From NCBI RefSeq assembly GCF_964204645.1, contig NC_134031.1:7192001-7256000 (forward strand): a stretch of DNA of 64,000 nt, written 5' to 3'. Below, piece by piece: positions 13,701 to 25,260 of the stretch (position 1 is the stretch's first letter; each line of letters begins with the position of its first letter). Under the pieces are notes generated by a model. It saw only the letters and a list, made by a program, of their open reading frames with translations, was not told the DNA's origin and searched no databases. Source of the stretch: Tubulanus polymorphus (taxonomy: Eukaryota > Animalia > Nemertea). Both the position numbers and the translations under genes were made by a program.

Positions 13701-16700
13701 ATAAAATCTAATTCCCTGTATTTGATGACAGCTTCGCGGTGGTATCTAATATCGGTTAATCCTTGTACGAGTAGATATAAAGACTGATCAGTGAGTAATA
13801 GGAAAACGGTTTGACATTCACTCTCAGTGTGTCCAACCGACGTACGGTACATCTACAAATAATAGAAAATTCCTAAATACCAGTAAATCAGGATTAGATT
13901 TGGGGTCAACAGGTCACAATTTTGGTGGCCCACCTCATCAAATCTAAATCATATGAAAGCCTTGGCTATCTACTACAAAATCACATGAACTTGCCATACA
14001 ACTGGGAATCAACTGAAATGAGCTATTTTGTAAACACGCCATTGTGCCAAATCTAATTCAAATTCAACTAAAGAACAATTGTTTACGATTCCAAATTCGT
14101 TAAACGCCATATTTTCTTATTCCAATGGCAGCGTTATCTCAGACTGTGACTGAAATTCTCAAGTCGACATACGCCATACGTAAGGTCACCCGAAGTCTCA
14201 CGGATTTTAATGCACTATGAAATGTCAGCGACTGGGCGAGTGCTTCAAACAAACGAACGAACAAACGAACGAACCTTATGAAACTGTTCATCTTGTTCTT
14301 GAAAAACGTCCAACATCAGGTATAACATCGTATTATTATCAACCCTGAAATAAACGGCTTAAGATTTACACAAACACGCGACATGAAACGCATCATATAC
14401 CGGATAACGTAATTTTGACTCTTCCAGCTTTCAGCTCATACGAGCATCAACCATTTTTGGTACACAATGTACATGAAAGACTATCTTCATGCCAGCGCAC
14501 CTAGTGAGTCCTCCATCGCCACAGTAGCCTGCATTAGAATAAGAGAACTGTGAACAGAATTTATCGACCTACATACTTGATGTCCCATTCCTGAGATGAA
14601 GTTGAATCGGGGGAGCTCGTTTCGCTGGAGCCGATCACTTGTCGTCCGTCGCCGGTCAGCAGATTGCGATCGTCTAGAGAACCCTGACTGGCTCCGTCCC
14701 CTTCGCCTCGTAACAACGGCATCAATAATCCATTCTGTATCGCGACTAGACTATCGTCTATTTCATCGGCACCGGCGTCCACGGTTAGATCATCCTCGGG
14801 AGCATCTGACCAGAAAAAGAAAAGGACATGAATTCTCAAAATACGTGATCATATTTTGTAATTTAACGTGTGGGGTCACTTGCTTAAGTTTAAAAGACCT
14901 ATGTAAACTAAGTGAAAACCAAGTCCAAGATTCTAAAACATTTTTAACTCGAGCCACAGAAGTGCAATTTGCACCTGGGCTTGATCGTAACAAATACTGT
15001 TAGCTATCAGTATGACAAGGAGCCTATCAGCTTATATAGCTCCGCTGTGTGATTTGAAGAAATAGAAGCTGCATACCTAGGGGTGCCCCTTTTGGCCAAA
15101 TCCAAAAAGGGCTCTGTACTGTAGGTATTGGTCCATAGAACATTCATACCAAATTTGGACTTGATCTGATTAAAACTGTAGGACTAATAGCAATTTGAAG
15201 AAATAGAAATTCTGCCCCAAAGGGCGCCCCCTGGTGAACGAATCCAGAAAATGGCTCTGTAACTTCATAGGACGTGGTCCATAGAACATCCATACCAAAT
15301 TTGGAATTGATCTGATTAAAACTGTAGGACTAGTAGCGATTTGAAGAAATAGAAACTTATATAATCCTTATCATTTTAACAAATTGCATCATTCATCTCA
15401 GTGATAAGCAAAAGTACTTCGAACCATCCTCCCCTCTGACAGGGATTCGAACCTGATGGCATTGAGACTCGCCACGGTGTGAAACCCTGCCAGACCAGCC
15501 TCAATGCGAAGCTTAGATGACATCATTATAAGCCAATCAGAAATCTTGTTATATTACCACCTTGGCTTTTCCAATTATAGTGTTCCCTTGGAATTTGCCT
15601 CAGCGATTTTACAGCAGGCAATCTGATACAAGCCATGTACCTGTGCACACAGTCTAGTGTGGCAGGGTTGGTTTCATGCTGTGGCAGAGTCTAGCGATGC
15701 CATCAGGTTTGAATCCCTGCTGATGAAGGATGCACCTGAACAGGAATACATACGTACGGCATGTAAAAAATACGACTTACTTATAACGATCGAACCGTCA
15801 ATATCATCTCTGTTACCACCGACACTGCGGTCGTCGTAGTAACTCCTACGATCAACCATCAAATCGTCGAAATCGTTGTTGATCTCATTTCTCTGATAAC
15901 TAGCGGAATAGATATCATTCCAGCTCGAGTCGACGCCGCCGCTCCTCTGCGCCGCTGAGGCGTTGACAGCCACGACCGGCAGCGTCGTACGATTCCCGCC
16001 GCAGACGGCGCTAGCCGTATCCAGATCATTGTCTACAGAGCCTCTAGTTTCGGGCCGGGCCATCGACGAACTCAGAACCACCGAGTTGCTCGGTGATAAT
16101 GTCGAGATGAAGTCTGCGTCGTAGCCGCCGACAGACGGACTAGCGTGAACCGGTGGAGAATTCGCCTGAAACGTTCCGTTACCAACTGGAGGACTAGCCG
16201 GAACCGGTCCATTAGGAACAGGAGCGCCAGCCGAGACCAGTCCGTTAGCTACTCGAGGACTCGCTTGAACCGTTCCCATAGATACAGACGGACTTCCGTG
16301 ATGACTAGAGTACGAACTATCGGCGCTCGGTTCTCCGGCGGCTACGACAACCGAGCCGCTCGTACGCGGCGACTCCGACAACGATCTAACTATATCGCTC
16401 ACGTCCACGCGTCGTCGTCCGCCTGTTGCCGAACGACGATTGTTATCGTCGAGTTGATTATCGCCGTCCGCCTCGCTGCGTTCCTCGCCGTCCGGACAGA
16501 AATTCACGTCGATGATTCGCGATAGTTCCTCCTTGTGAACGGTTACGACGTTCGTGTCGTCGCCCGCCGTCGTCGTAGGCGAATTGCCGCGGACTATCTG
16601 ACGTTTTTGGAACACGGCGCGCACGTGTTTCGCGAGCGGGTCGACATAAAGCGGCTCTTCTCCGCCCATTCCGCTATCCTGACTGTCTGACGTCGTCGGC

Positions 16701-19700
16701 ACCTCTCCAACGCCGCTATCCTGACTATCCGAAGCTAGGATATTTTGCTTCGATTTCGGCGACTTCGGTTCGCACGGATTTTCTTCCTTGATACTGAACT
16801 CGTTTAAACTCGTCAGCAACGGCGAATCCGATGCAGTTGACGGCGTAGTCGGCGTCGGCGGGTCGGAACCTTTACGCTTTTTCTTCTTACGTTTAACGCG
16901 GATCACTTCCAGAGCGTCACCGATCGCCGTCGAATCCACGTTGTTGTTGTCTTTCAGTAAACTGTCGATCGAGCTCGTACGTGAATGCGCTGTGAAGTCG
17001 GACGCACTCGCCAGGCGAGAATTCTCGGAACTAGCGCTGTACGCGTACGGTCGCGACGAACTCTCCGAGCTGCTGGCGACGCTGTGAGTGTCGTTTTCGA
17101 ATACGCTACGCGATGACAGAGAATCGCTCATCATACTCGACGTCTGAAACGAAAATTGAATGATTAACGATTATTCCGCGAAAATAAACCACTATTCAAA
17201 CCTGTTTAATCTGGATCAGTTTTATTTTTCTATTCTAAACCGGAACGTATGGTCCATCAAGACTTTAATGTATGTTGAATTATTCGCATTCTCATAAAAC
17301 CTAATGATCAAGATTAAGTGCGGTTTACGTCGACAAAATCCCAAAATTAAGACAGAAGTTTTAAGACAGAATAAACAGATTATTTTTCAAATTCTGTTCG
17401 TGTGATTTCATTATTTCATGCCCGTAATTAATTGATATTATTAAGAGAACCAATTATGGTTTTCTCGAGTTTGGTTTTCCCTACAATCGGTTGTTCAATT
17501 TTTTTCAAATAAGCACACAAAACGCACAGTATTAAGTATAAAAACTTTTTAAGCGTTAACATTTTCTAAGCAAAGCCGAATTCCGAGTTGAGAGCTGCGT
17601 TACACAATCCAGCAACTAGTTCCACAGTTTTCAATTGAAGTTTCAACACCAGGGTTTATTGGAGACGAACTTAAGACTAAAAACTTAAGTAACCACCCAA
17701 TACTACCGAATTTGTTGTTTCAAATAAGTTAAGCAATCGGGATGTGGTAATTCCTGTTTCGATAAGCATGTTTTTTTTTAACACGGGTATTTCTGAATTG
17801 TTGCTCAGATGGGCTTAAACTGAATATTATCTACCGGTATATGTTACGCCAATGGATATCTTAAATACCAGTACATGTACACCGGTGAAGCTAACTTTTA
17901 TGCTCAAAAATCCGATACAAAGATAAGATTGAATAAAACAATCATAATCTATCTTATCATAGACATAAAATTGCCTTAAACGTTTTACGCGTACACGAAA
18001 ATAGTTCTTTCGATCGATCAGTTGTATCTTATCTTATCGTTTTACATTGTGATTGTTTCTAAGTCAGCTATGCAATAGCTAACAATGGCTGATGTTATGA
18101 AGTGCTATTTCGAGAGATTTTATTAAGACTCGTGATTTCACTTGACTCGACTAAGTAAGCGGTGAAATAGTTTGCCGATTGTTCACGACACACTGTCTAT
18201 ATACCGGTAGGGGCTATTCATAAGGCGTGTAAATATCCGCAGATGGGTGTAGTAAAATCTCGGCAATTTGTACCAATGTACAAAGTACTTGAATTTGCGT
18301 ATATGGGGAGGAGGATATGAAGACAAAACCATACATATAAATGTACAAGAGAATTTTTTATGGCGACACCCTGATAAAGAACGATTGAAGAGCAAAGGAC
18401 ATCAACCTCTTCGATAACATTCGTGACGGATTTTTCCGTCGCAAAGAATGTAATATTTTCTCACCATGCATAACGGATTTTACATCGCAAATATATGCGT
18501 TTACTACAATCGCTGGTGTGGCCAATCACTACGCCACTGGTGTGTAGCCATACTAAATAACTGTCCGCTTCAATTGAGTTTCAATTTTCACTCATAGATG
18601 GCAGTTCAGTACCTCATACACTGAATTGATTAGAATTGAATGATGCCATCGGGTTCGAATCTCTGTGAGGGCGTCACATTATCCGTGGTAGTGGAGAGGC
18701 TAAATATCTGGAGGCTGTATTTATATAGGCCTAAGGCCTTCTGTGGTGGTAATTAATGATCGGAAACAATTTCACACACGCACTTTATGAATGGCCCTTT
18801 ACCGATATTTTTGTCACAAGGGAAAGATAATGAACCAGCTCGGAGTTAGGGATACATTATGAAATCGGCTCGAAAATAGCGAATTTATGGGATGAAAATA
18901 TTACCAGAGAAGCCTCCGAACTCATGCTGCTTAAAGAAAGGCGTTCATCGTCATATTCATCGACGCTACGTCTCGCGTTCGGCATATAACTGGATAGATC
19001 TAAATATGGCATATCCTGTAAAACATATAGAAATCATCACCATATCTATTCACTCGGATTAGTTGGTTGAATAGGGAACTACTGCTTTGAAAATTGTGGA
19101 TTCATTTAACTTCCTTCATACATTTTATGTAGGCTATAATCTAAATAACTTATTTTTAATTGCAAATCTAACATGAAATTGTAATTTTCGAGGTTATCGA
19201 AAAAGATAAGCTGTTATAGGCAAATATTCAGGGATTCTATGCGCAAACGTCTCTTCCTTTAAAGATGATCGAGTTGTCTGAAGTTTTAACTCTGAGGATT
19301 GTGGATATAGAGTTAAATGAGTAGTCTAGTATACCCAGGTCCCTACAGAACAGTCATTCCTGGTTATAAGGAGTTTAAAAGCAGAAACTTTCAAGATTCT
19401 GAGGAAGCGTCCGCATCACTTTCATACCCCAATTACAGTACGCTCCTCAATCAGCATTTCTTACCTCCGTAAACCATTAATTTGGTGGTTTTGTAACAAA
19501 TTCTTATCCATAACACTATCCTAAACATAGTTTCTAATTTGGTATTAAAAAAAATCCTGGTCCCAACTTAGGCATGTAGAGAAAATCCCACAATTATAAT
19601 GAAAAAGTCCGAAAATGTAACTTCGAGATAGTAGTTTATTTCAACGTTTCAACTAAATCCTAATAGTCATCTTCAGGAATAAATTAACGTTGAAATAAAC

Positions 19701-22700
19701 TACTATCTCGAAGTTACATTTTCAGACCTTTTCGTTATAATTGTGGGATTCTCTCTACATCGCGTCAACACCGATGTAGTGTTTAGGCATATAGTCCACT
19801 GTAAATTTCTAATTGCCTCAATTATTTCTCAAAATTGAAGGAGTTTTGGACATTTGGCTCAAATTAAAGGAACACCTTTAAAAGCATTCTAAGATTTTAA
19901 GGAATCAATGAGTCATAGGGACCCTGTATACAGATAAAGTGTTGATATCATACTCACATATTCCAGTTCAAATCGTACAAATTCCAGTCCCGAAGTCATT
20001 GTCATTAATATCTGTAACCGCTGCAAAGTAGAAATAAAATCTTCTTTCAGTAAACATACGAAATCGTGGCAAATCCAGAGTATACAGGATCATGATTTAA
20101 TCCCAATGATTTTATGAATCATCGAGTAAGACGCAAATCGAACTTCATACAAACCTGATCGTCCAATAACAACGATTCCTTCACGTAATATTTGCGAACG
20201 ACTTTCGAATTCTCCGTAATGCATTTCATGTAGCATTCGAGTAAATTTTCATTCAATGCCATGTACAGCCAAGCCCGACCTGGAAATATTCATCGATTTA
20301 CCAAAAGCTGCCCCAAAGTATGTCGACTCAAAACTACTGAACGAAACGGTGTAAGCAACAAGATAAGACCTTTCAACGATCTTGGAGTAACTATTTGACT
20401 ATTCCAAGCGATGATTTACATACAAAAGTTGTACTTAAATTTTGACTTTGTAATTATCTAATTCCCGAATCATACACTCAGTAAACCAACATTGAAAGCG
20501 TCAATCATTATACAAGGATATTGGAGTTGGTCATTGATACTGGGTTTATCCATTCACTATCAAATGCGAAAAGCCACTGTGCCAACACTAGGTGAAACTA
20601 GCCTCTGCTAGAATGTTCTACTTTTAAATCTTCAGTAAAACCCGCTTAATTCGGATTGGTTTAACCCAGATATTGATCAAATCTGAATATCATTTCTATC
20701 TATCTATACATAAACATATAAACATCATGTAATCCAATTTCTCATAATTCAGATGGATTTCATCTAAGCAACTGATCCAAATTACTGACATGCAAGGTCT
20801 ACTCTATAGATAGGCCTCACAGATGAATTCTCAATACAAGAATCAAGCCCATGTTCTGAAAACATACGTGACCGGACCCTAGACAACAAAATTAGCGAGC
20901 TACGCAACCAGAGCAGTACCAGCAATCAGTACGAACCTTTCCCAAGATCGGTTGTCACTTTAGTCAAGCGATCGATTTCTTTTACGGCTTCTTTTCGCGT
21001 GAAATATTTCGCCAATTGCCAGTATCCATTGGTGATGTGTCGTAATCTGTGAATACCGAGTGAAACATATTTGAGGATAATACCGGTATTTCATATCAAA
21101 TAAATGAATCTACATCATTGACCCCTTCAGTGCGTAAATTGGTGATGGACTTTTACTAGTACACGGCATCGCGGTGTATTGATGTTGAATTAGTAATTAG
21201 TTTTTATCTCTATCGAAAGATGGTAGCACCTGCCAAACATAGTGAAATATTAGCAAATAATCATACACCGCGCCATGGTGTAGACACAAACACATTGGGG
21301 TGGAATTTTTTTAGATTTTCAAATTATCTCCAGCCCTTTCGGGTATTAATTGGTCGGCACTACAATCGGTTAGGCCAAACTCAAACGGTTTACTGTAGGC
21401 CTATGTATTTTTGTGATTTTTGGCATGTTGACAGAAATCTATGCATGAACTGGTACAACAGATAGATTTCGTTTGTTCAAACAATTATGTGGCCCCAATA
21501 AACCCCGAAAATAGATTTCAGGCATCTACAGCAATAGGTACTTTAAACATCACAGCAAATGAATGTGTACCGTCACAGTGGCTCAGTTGGTACAGCACGT
21601 GAATAACACACGTAGTAGCTGCGCAGACTTGTTGGGAATATATTTTTCTCATTTGTCTAGATATTAGTAGCTTCCTATAGTTCAGCTATCTGTGGTCTCC
21701 GCGCACACACAGGAGCATCTTGAACAGGGGACACAAAAACACATAGCCTAATATAATTGCCCCTACTAAACTGACAGGCATCAAAATTGATAAGTTTGAA
21801 GTAATAGGTTAAAAATCACCCATATGAACATGATCGTTCATTTGTCACTGTCACATAAAAGTTTAAGATATTTTTAGGCCTATATAGGGGTCTTTGATGT
21901 ATTTATACAATTACAAGCAATCCTACATCTAACCCAGCTTCGTTTGGACAGTTGCAACAGGGTAAACAAGATAATATAACTAGAGTACGGCGCTGTTTGA
22001 TATCAGGATATCAAAGCAACCCCTTGAGGTAAATCTTCAATCTGGGTGACAAGGAAAACCATGGTAATAAGTGACAAGTTTCAAAATGTTCCTAATGATA
22101 ATTTGAAGTGTGAATAATTCATAATTTTTCACTTAATACAGAGAAGTGACTTCCACTTACCCGTGTAACAACGCATGGTCAAGATGTTCGCAGAGTTTCT
22201 TTAAAAGTCGATCTTCGTTGTGAAGCGTTACGGTGTCGAATCCATTACAGAACTGGTATTCTTGTAACTAAAAAATAGTAATCACACAAATATTATACCG
22301 TTTGTACATTCTAGATTTTTGCTCTTACATTTCTGTAGGCCTAAGGTAAAGCTGTGCGGCTACAGGCCCTTAGCCTATGCACACAGGCAAGGGTTCTCAC
22401 TATGGCCAGTCTCGATGCCAGCGGGTTCTATTCCTTGCCTCATAAGGAAAATAAATGGATGACTACAGCCGCGATCACACAAGCGTTTTTGATCCGGAGC
22501 AACTGTTCACACAGGTGTCAAATTTGGCCTGTGTCAGTTTGGCCCGACCAAACATGATGGACCAGGCCCGACCCAAATTTCAGCACAGGCCAAATTATTG
22601 TGTGCGAATTGCAACTAGTTCCAGTGAGTCAATTCACTTAGTTAAAGCATTGTTTAGTATCAAGTGACTGTTTAGCGCGTGAATGTGCCTCCCCAATTAG

Positions 22701-23525
22701 GCACAGGCAGAATTCGACTCGAGCATAATACGGACCAAATCGTCTCCAGATCACGGCTTAGGAGTCAAATTGCCATTGATAAGTGGTTAAGTACAGAAGC
22801 CCCTTGGTGACATACGAGCTAGCTTTTTCACAATTTCGATTTAACATCGAAATTGGACATAATAACTTAAAATTTGACATAAGTCGAAATTTGGATATAA
22901 TAAGTGTATTTTATAAGTGTAAGTGAAAAAAATTATGTCGTATGTCACCTAGGGGCTTCCATTGTTAAGCCTATGTGATCAAAGCACAAATAGTGTAATC
23001 TTGATGAAACAGTCTATCCATGTTGAAACAATATACCCTAAAAATCCACAATACAAGAAAAATGATTCTGTAAGGTCTTCCTCCTCTTCTTCCATTTGAT
23101 TTCGACGTTTTGAAAATACGAAATACTCATGGAAACTTTTTCGGACTCTTTTTCTACGAGTAGTACGGCTACGTGATTAATGTAGGCCTATCCTTTGCCG
23201 GAGACAAAATTGTGCTATCATCATAGGCCTATGCCACTTTGTCAGTCAACAGTAACCACAAACAATAAGAGCCGGGTAAATTTTAAACATAATTTACATA
23301 ATTTGATGATTAAGCAATGTGCATTCTTCGATTGTACATAATCATTATATAATGAAATCATGTGATTTTCAATGCATTTTCCCCCACCTGTTTAATAGCG
23401 CGACCGACGCTCTCCAATATCCTATCTTTGAGGCGTAATCGTTCTTTAACGATAGAATTTCGTCTTTCCATCGTTGCTAGTATCACGTTGTTCTCGTCAT
23501 TGTCTTCTTCCTGAGGAGATTTCAT
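4794..23525 (-). CDS. PLEKHM2: Pleckstrin homology and RUN domain-containing M2 (SKIP) orthologue, 18 coding exons, ~1176 aa
   Basis: Phase-consistent GT-AG exons (minus strand): 23388-23525, 22161-22267, 20937-21046, 20155-20279, 19958-20020, 18905-19015, 15781-17143, 14577-14805, 14275-14344, 13697-13852, 13319-13407, 12673-12805, 11324-11493, 9305-9379, 8583-8751, 7010-7186, 6792-6911, 4794-4919. Peptides match human SKIP as I recall it: LKDRILES, LCEHLDHALLHG, GRAWLYMALNEN, SGLEFVRFEL, PYLDLSSYMP (RUN); LEVIRVKRKKKK; VDNNTMLYLMLDVF, CTNRRKQF, LVHWEDP, CSGCRR, WLMALCQAV, CQEDVQTNFFRTLG (PH region). Confidence 0.95.
6200..6485. mobile_element. MITE; related inverted copy at ~22465-22760
   Basis: Termini gcgatcacac / gtgtgatggcggc. 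Internal sequence (tgtgcctaatt, cagttgttctggaccaaa) is shared with 22465-22760 in reverse orientation. Confidence 0.6.
7626..8360 (+). mobile_element. Helentron-associated (HINE/DINE-1-like) non-autonomous element, 5'-truncated copy
   Basis: High identity to 35270-35990. Ends with the hairpin/sub-TIR gcccgctgggactaaagtcccaagtgggctaa. Confidence 0.8.
8870..8965 (-). mobile_element. tRNA-derived SINE-like fragment; related copies at ~15424-15500 (-), ~15680-15730 (+), ~18640-18670 (+)
   Basis: Shared gatgccatc(a/g)(a/g)gtt(c/t)gaatc(c/t)ctg containing a Pol III B-box-like GTTCGAATC. No complete cloverleaf. Confidence 0.55.
9963..10130. mobile_element. TA-flanked MITE (Tc1/mariner-type)
   Basis: ta|cggtacagctt ... 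aagctgtaccg|ta. Confidence 0.7.
10370..11110 (+). mobile_element. HINE-like element copy (one internal unit, 3' end missing)
   Basis: Starts cagggacaccatgctcacttgggaagtg; body matches 34735-35990. Confidence 0.8.
11935..12225. repeat. Long imperfect inverted repeat (MITE or foldback)
   Basis: agacttatttt-cactggataatatagcttaact...gttctctagatttgttc pairs with gaacaaatctagagaac...agttaagctatattattcagtgaacataagtct. Confidence 0.75.
12288..12484. repeat. Penelope-type inverted pLTR hairpin with degenerate hammerhead-like motif
   Basis: Arms of ~95 bp around a short loop. The right arm reads cac-cagatga-agct...agc-gaaa-gctt-gtg followed by aaataa. Confidence 0.6.
14995..15360. mobile_element. Second HINE-like repeat fragment with two ~145-bp tandem units
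   Basis: Duplicated gtccatagaacat(t/c)cataccaaatttgga...ctgattaaaactgtaggacta...atttgaagaaatagaa. Confidence 0.55.
19574..19760. mobile_element. Penelope-type inverted pLTR hairpin in PLEKHM2 intron 5, same family as 60750-60857
   Basis: 75-bp arms (19574-19648 and 19686-19760). Sequence is nearly identical to 60750-60857, which lies next to a GIY-YIG fragment. Confidence 0.8.
19640..19679 (-). ncRNA. Minimal type-I hammerhead ribozyme-like motif
   Basis: Minus strand: ttc-CTGAAGA-t-gacta-ttaggatt-tagtt-GAAA-cgtt-gaa, giving short stem I, 5-bp stem II and a palindromic AACGTT stem III. Confidence 0.55.
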
Positions 23526-23529
23526 TACA

Positions 23530-24950
23530 CATTTTTGACAGTTTTTCTCTCAGACAGCGAAACAAGCGACTTCCACCATTTTGACGTTGACGTCTGCAAA
23601 GTGGCGCCGCGTCTATGAACGCGTGTGTGAGCGGAACTAATATGCAGCCGTGGTTTCGAATCCTGTATGATTCAAAAATATTCTTTAGATGCCATATCAT
23701 TCCTTTGGGCGACGAAAATCGAAATTTAACGAGTTTAATGCATCCGAGATACAACAAAAATCCCTAACGTTATCGTTTATATGATACGTTAGTTCATTTG
23801 TTGCCAATCATTTTTAGGGTAACCTTGATTTATGATATTATCACCATGGAAACTGCATTTTGCGCTTTTTCATCGACACGCCAAAAAAGTTGATTTTGGT
23901 CTCCCAAAAGTAGAAATCGAATCTTGGCAAAGAAAACATTCCTTATAAATAACCTTAAACATGTGAGATCAGTGTATCCGATAGAAGGATGAAAAAATAC
24001 GATTTCAGTAAATGCATTTAATGTGTATTGTTTTCTATCATTGCACCGCACAAATTTTTATGTCCCAGGTAAGACTTGATTGAATACGGTACTCTACAAT
24101 CAGAATCCAATTTTCAAAATACAGTACTACAATTTTGAGTGGGTTATGAAATGATTTAAGCCATATTATACATGATTTGTCGTTTTTCGTGATTATTTTA
24201 CCATATAATTTATGGTAAAAGTTCAGATTCATTGATGCCCGAACGTTGAACTGTTGTTGATTTTACCTCTTTCGCGCCACTCGTCAAAAATATACTTATG
24301 GATCCATTAGGCACCAGACATCACCTTGAAAAGGCTAAATTGAAAAAAAATGTACCGGTGAACCAAAAGTTTTGAATTCTCGCGCGAGAAAACAAAACTT
24401 TTTCAATTCTCGCGCGAGAAAATCAAAAGTTTTGAATTCTCGCGCGAAAAAACCAAACTTTTTGAATTCTCGCGCGAGAAAACCAAAAAACGGGCCAATG
24501 TGAAAAATTTGTTATCGTTGCTTTAGCCGTACAGAAAATTTTTTAGCATGGCCCGAATCAGCCACCATACAAAATTGCCTTTTTGCAACCCAAAATAAGT
24601 CGTCCCAATCGATCCCAAAAGCAGAAAAGGGCACGTATTTTTTAAGATGAGGCCAGATAAAAAAGACACATTCAGTGCATGGTATACATGCACGAATGGA
24701 TTTTCGAAGGCTACGTCCCTGAGCAATCTGGGTTGACGTCGCATTCTATTTTCCAATTAACTTTCACAATTGATAAAATATCTTGGCCTGCGCAGTCATA
24801 TGACAAAAACGATTTCCCCTGAAATTTCCGGGAAACTTGGTTCGGACACTCGCTGTCTCGTCACAGTGCGTTAGGACTTCTCTTAATAAAGGGCTGGTCT
24901 TGGCGTGCCCTTTCTATCAACTTATGACCGGTACTTTAAGCGGTCATTTT
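23530..24950. promoter_or_regulatory. Putative divergent (bidirectional) promoter region
   Basis: PLEKHM2 ATG at 23525 (-) and first exon of the + gene ending 25105. CpG-rich patches at ~23560-23650 and 24361-24480. TSSs were not determined. Confidence 0.45.
24361..24480. repeat. 4 x 30-bp tandem repeat with palindromic core TTCTCGCGCGAGAA
   Basis: Exact 30-bp period, with spacers alternating aaaagttttg / aaacttttt(c/g). Lies between the divergent starts of PLEKHM2 and the repeat-protein gene. Confidence 0.93.
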
Positions 24951-25260
24951 TTCATTTTCTTTGCTTCGTATCTGTTGCGTCTCGTGAAAACAATTTTCAG
25001 TCCAGTGGAATCGCAGTGTGGAAAGTTGACAGGAAGGGTAGCCTATTTAATCGAAAAGTAATAAACAACCAACATTCATTTTGTCATCGGTACCGTGAAG
25101 TCTAGGTGAGTGGCAATTTTTTATCTATCTAATTGAAAACTCGATTTTTTCTTTATGAAGTCTGTATACGTATATACATGAAAAATGTAGCAATCCATTG
25201 GCTATGCAAATTGTTGCAAAATATTTTCTTTTCTTTTTTGGCGATGTGATTCTAGGGAAA

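Noticed and set aside
16145-17087. Plus-strand ORFs overlapping the large PLEKHM2 exon
   Set aside because: Antisense shadows of a GC-rich coding exon.
21570-21640. tRNA-like start (gtggctcagttggtacagcacgt)
   Set aside because: Only an A-box/D-arm-like part is present, with no T-arm or acceptor stem. Likely SINE debris.
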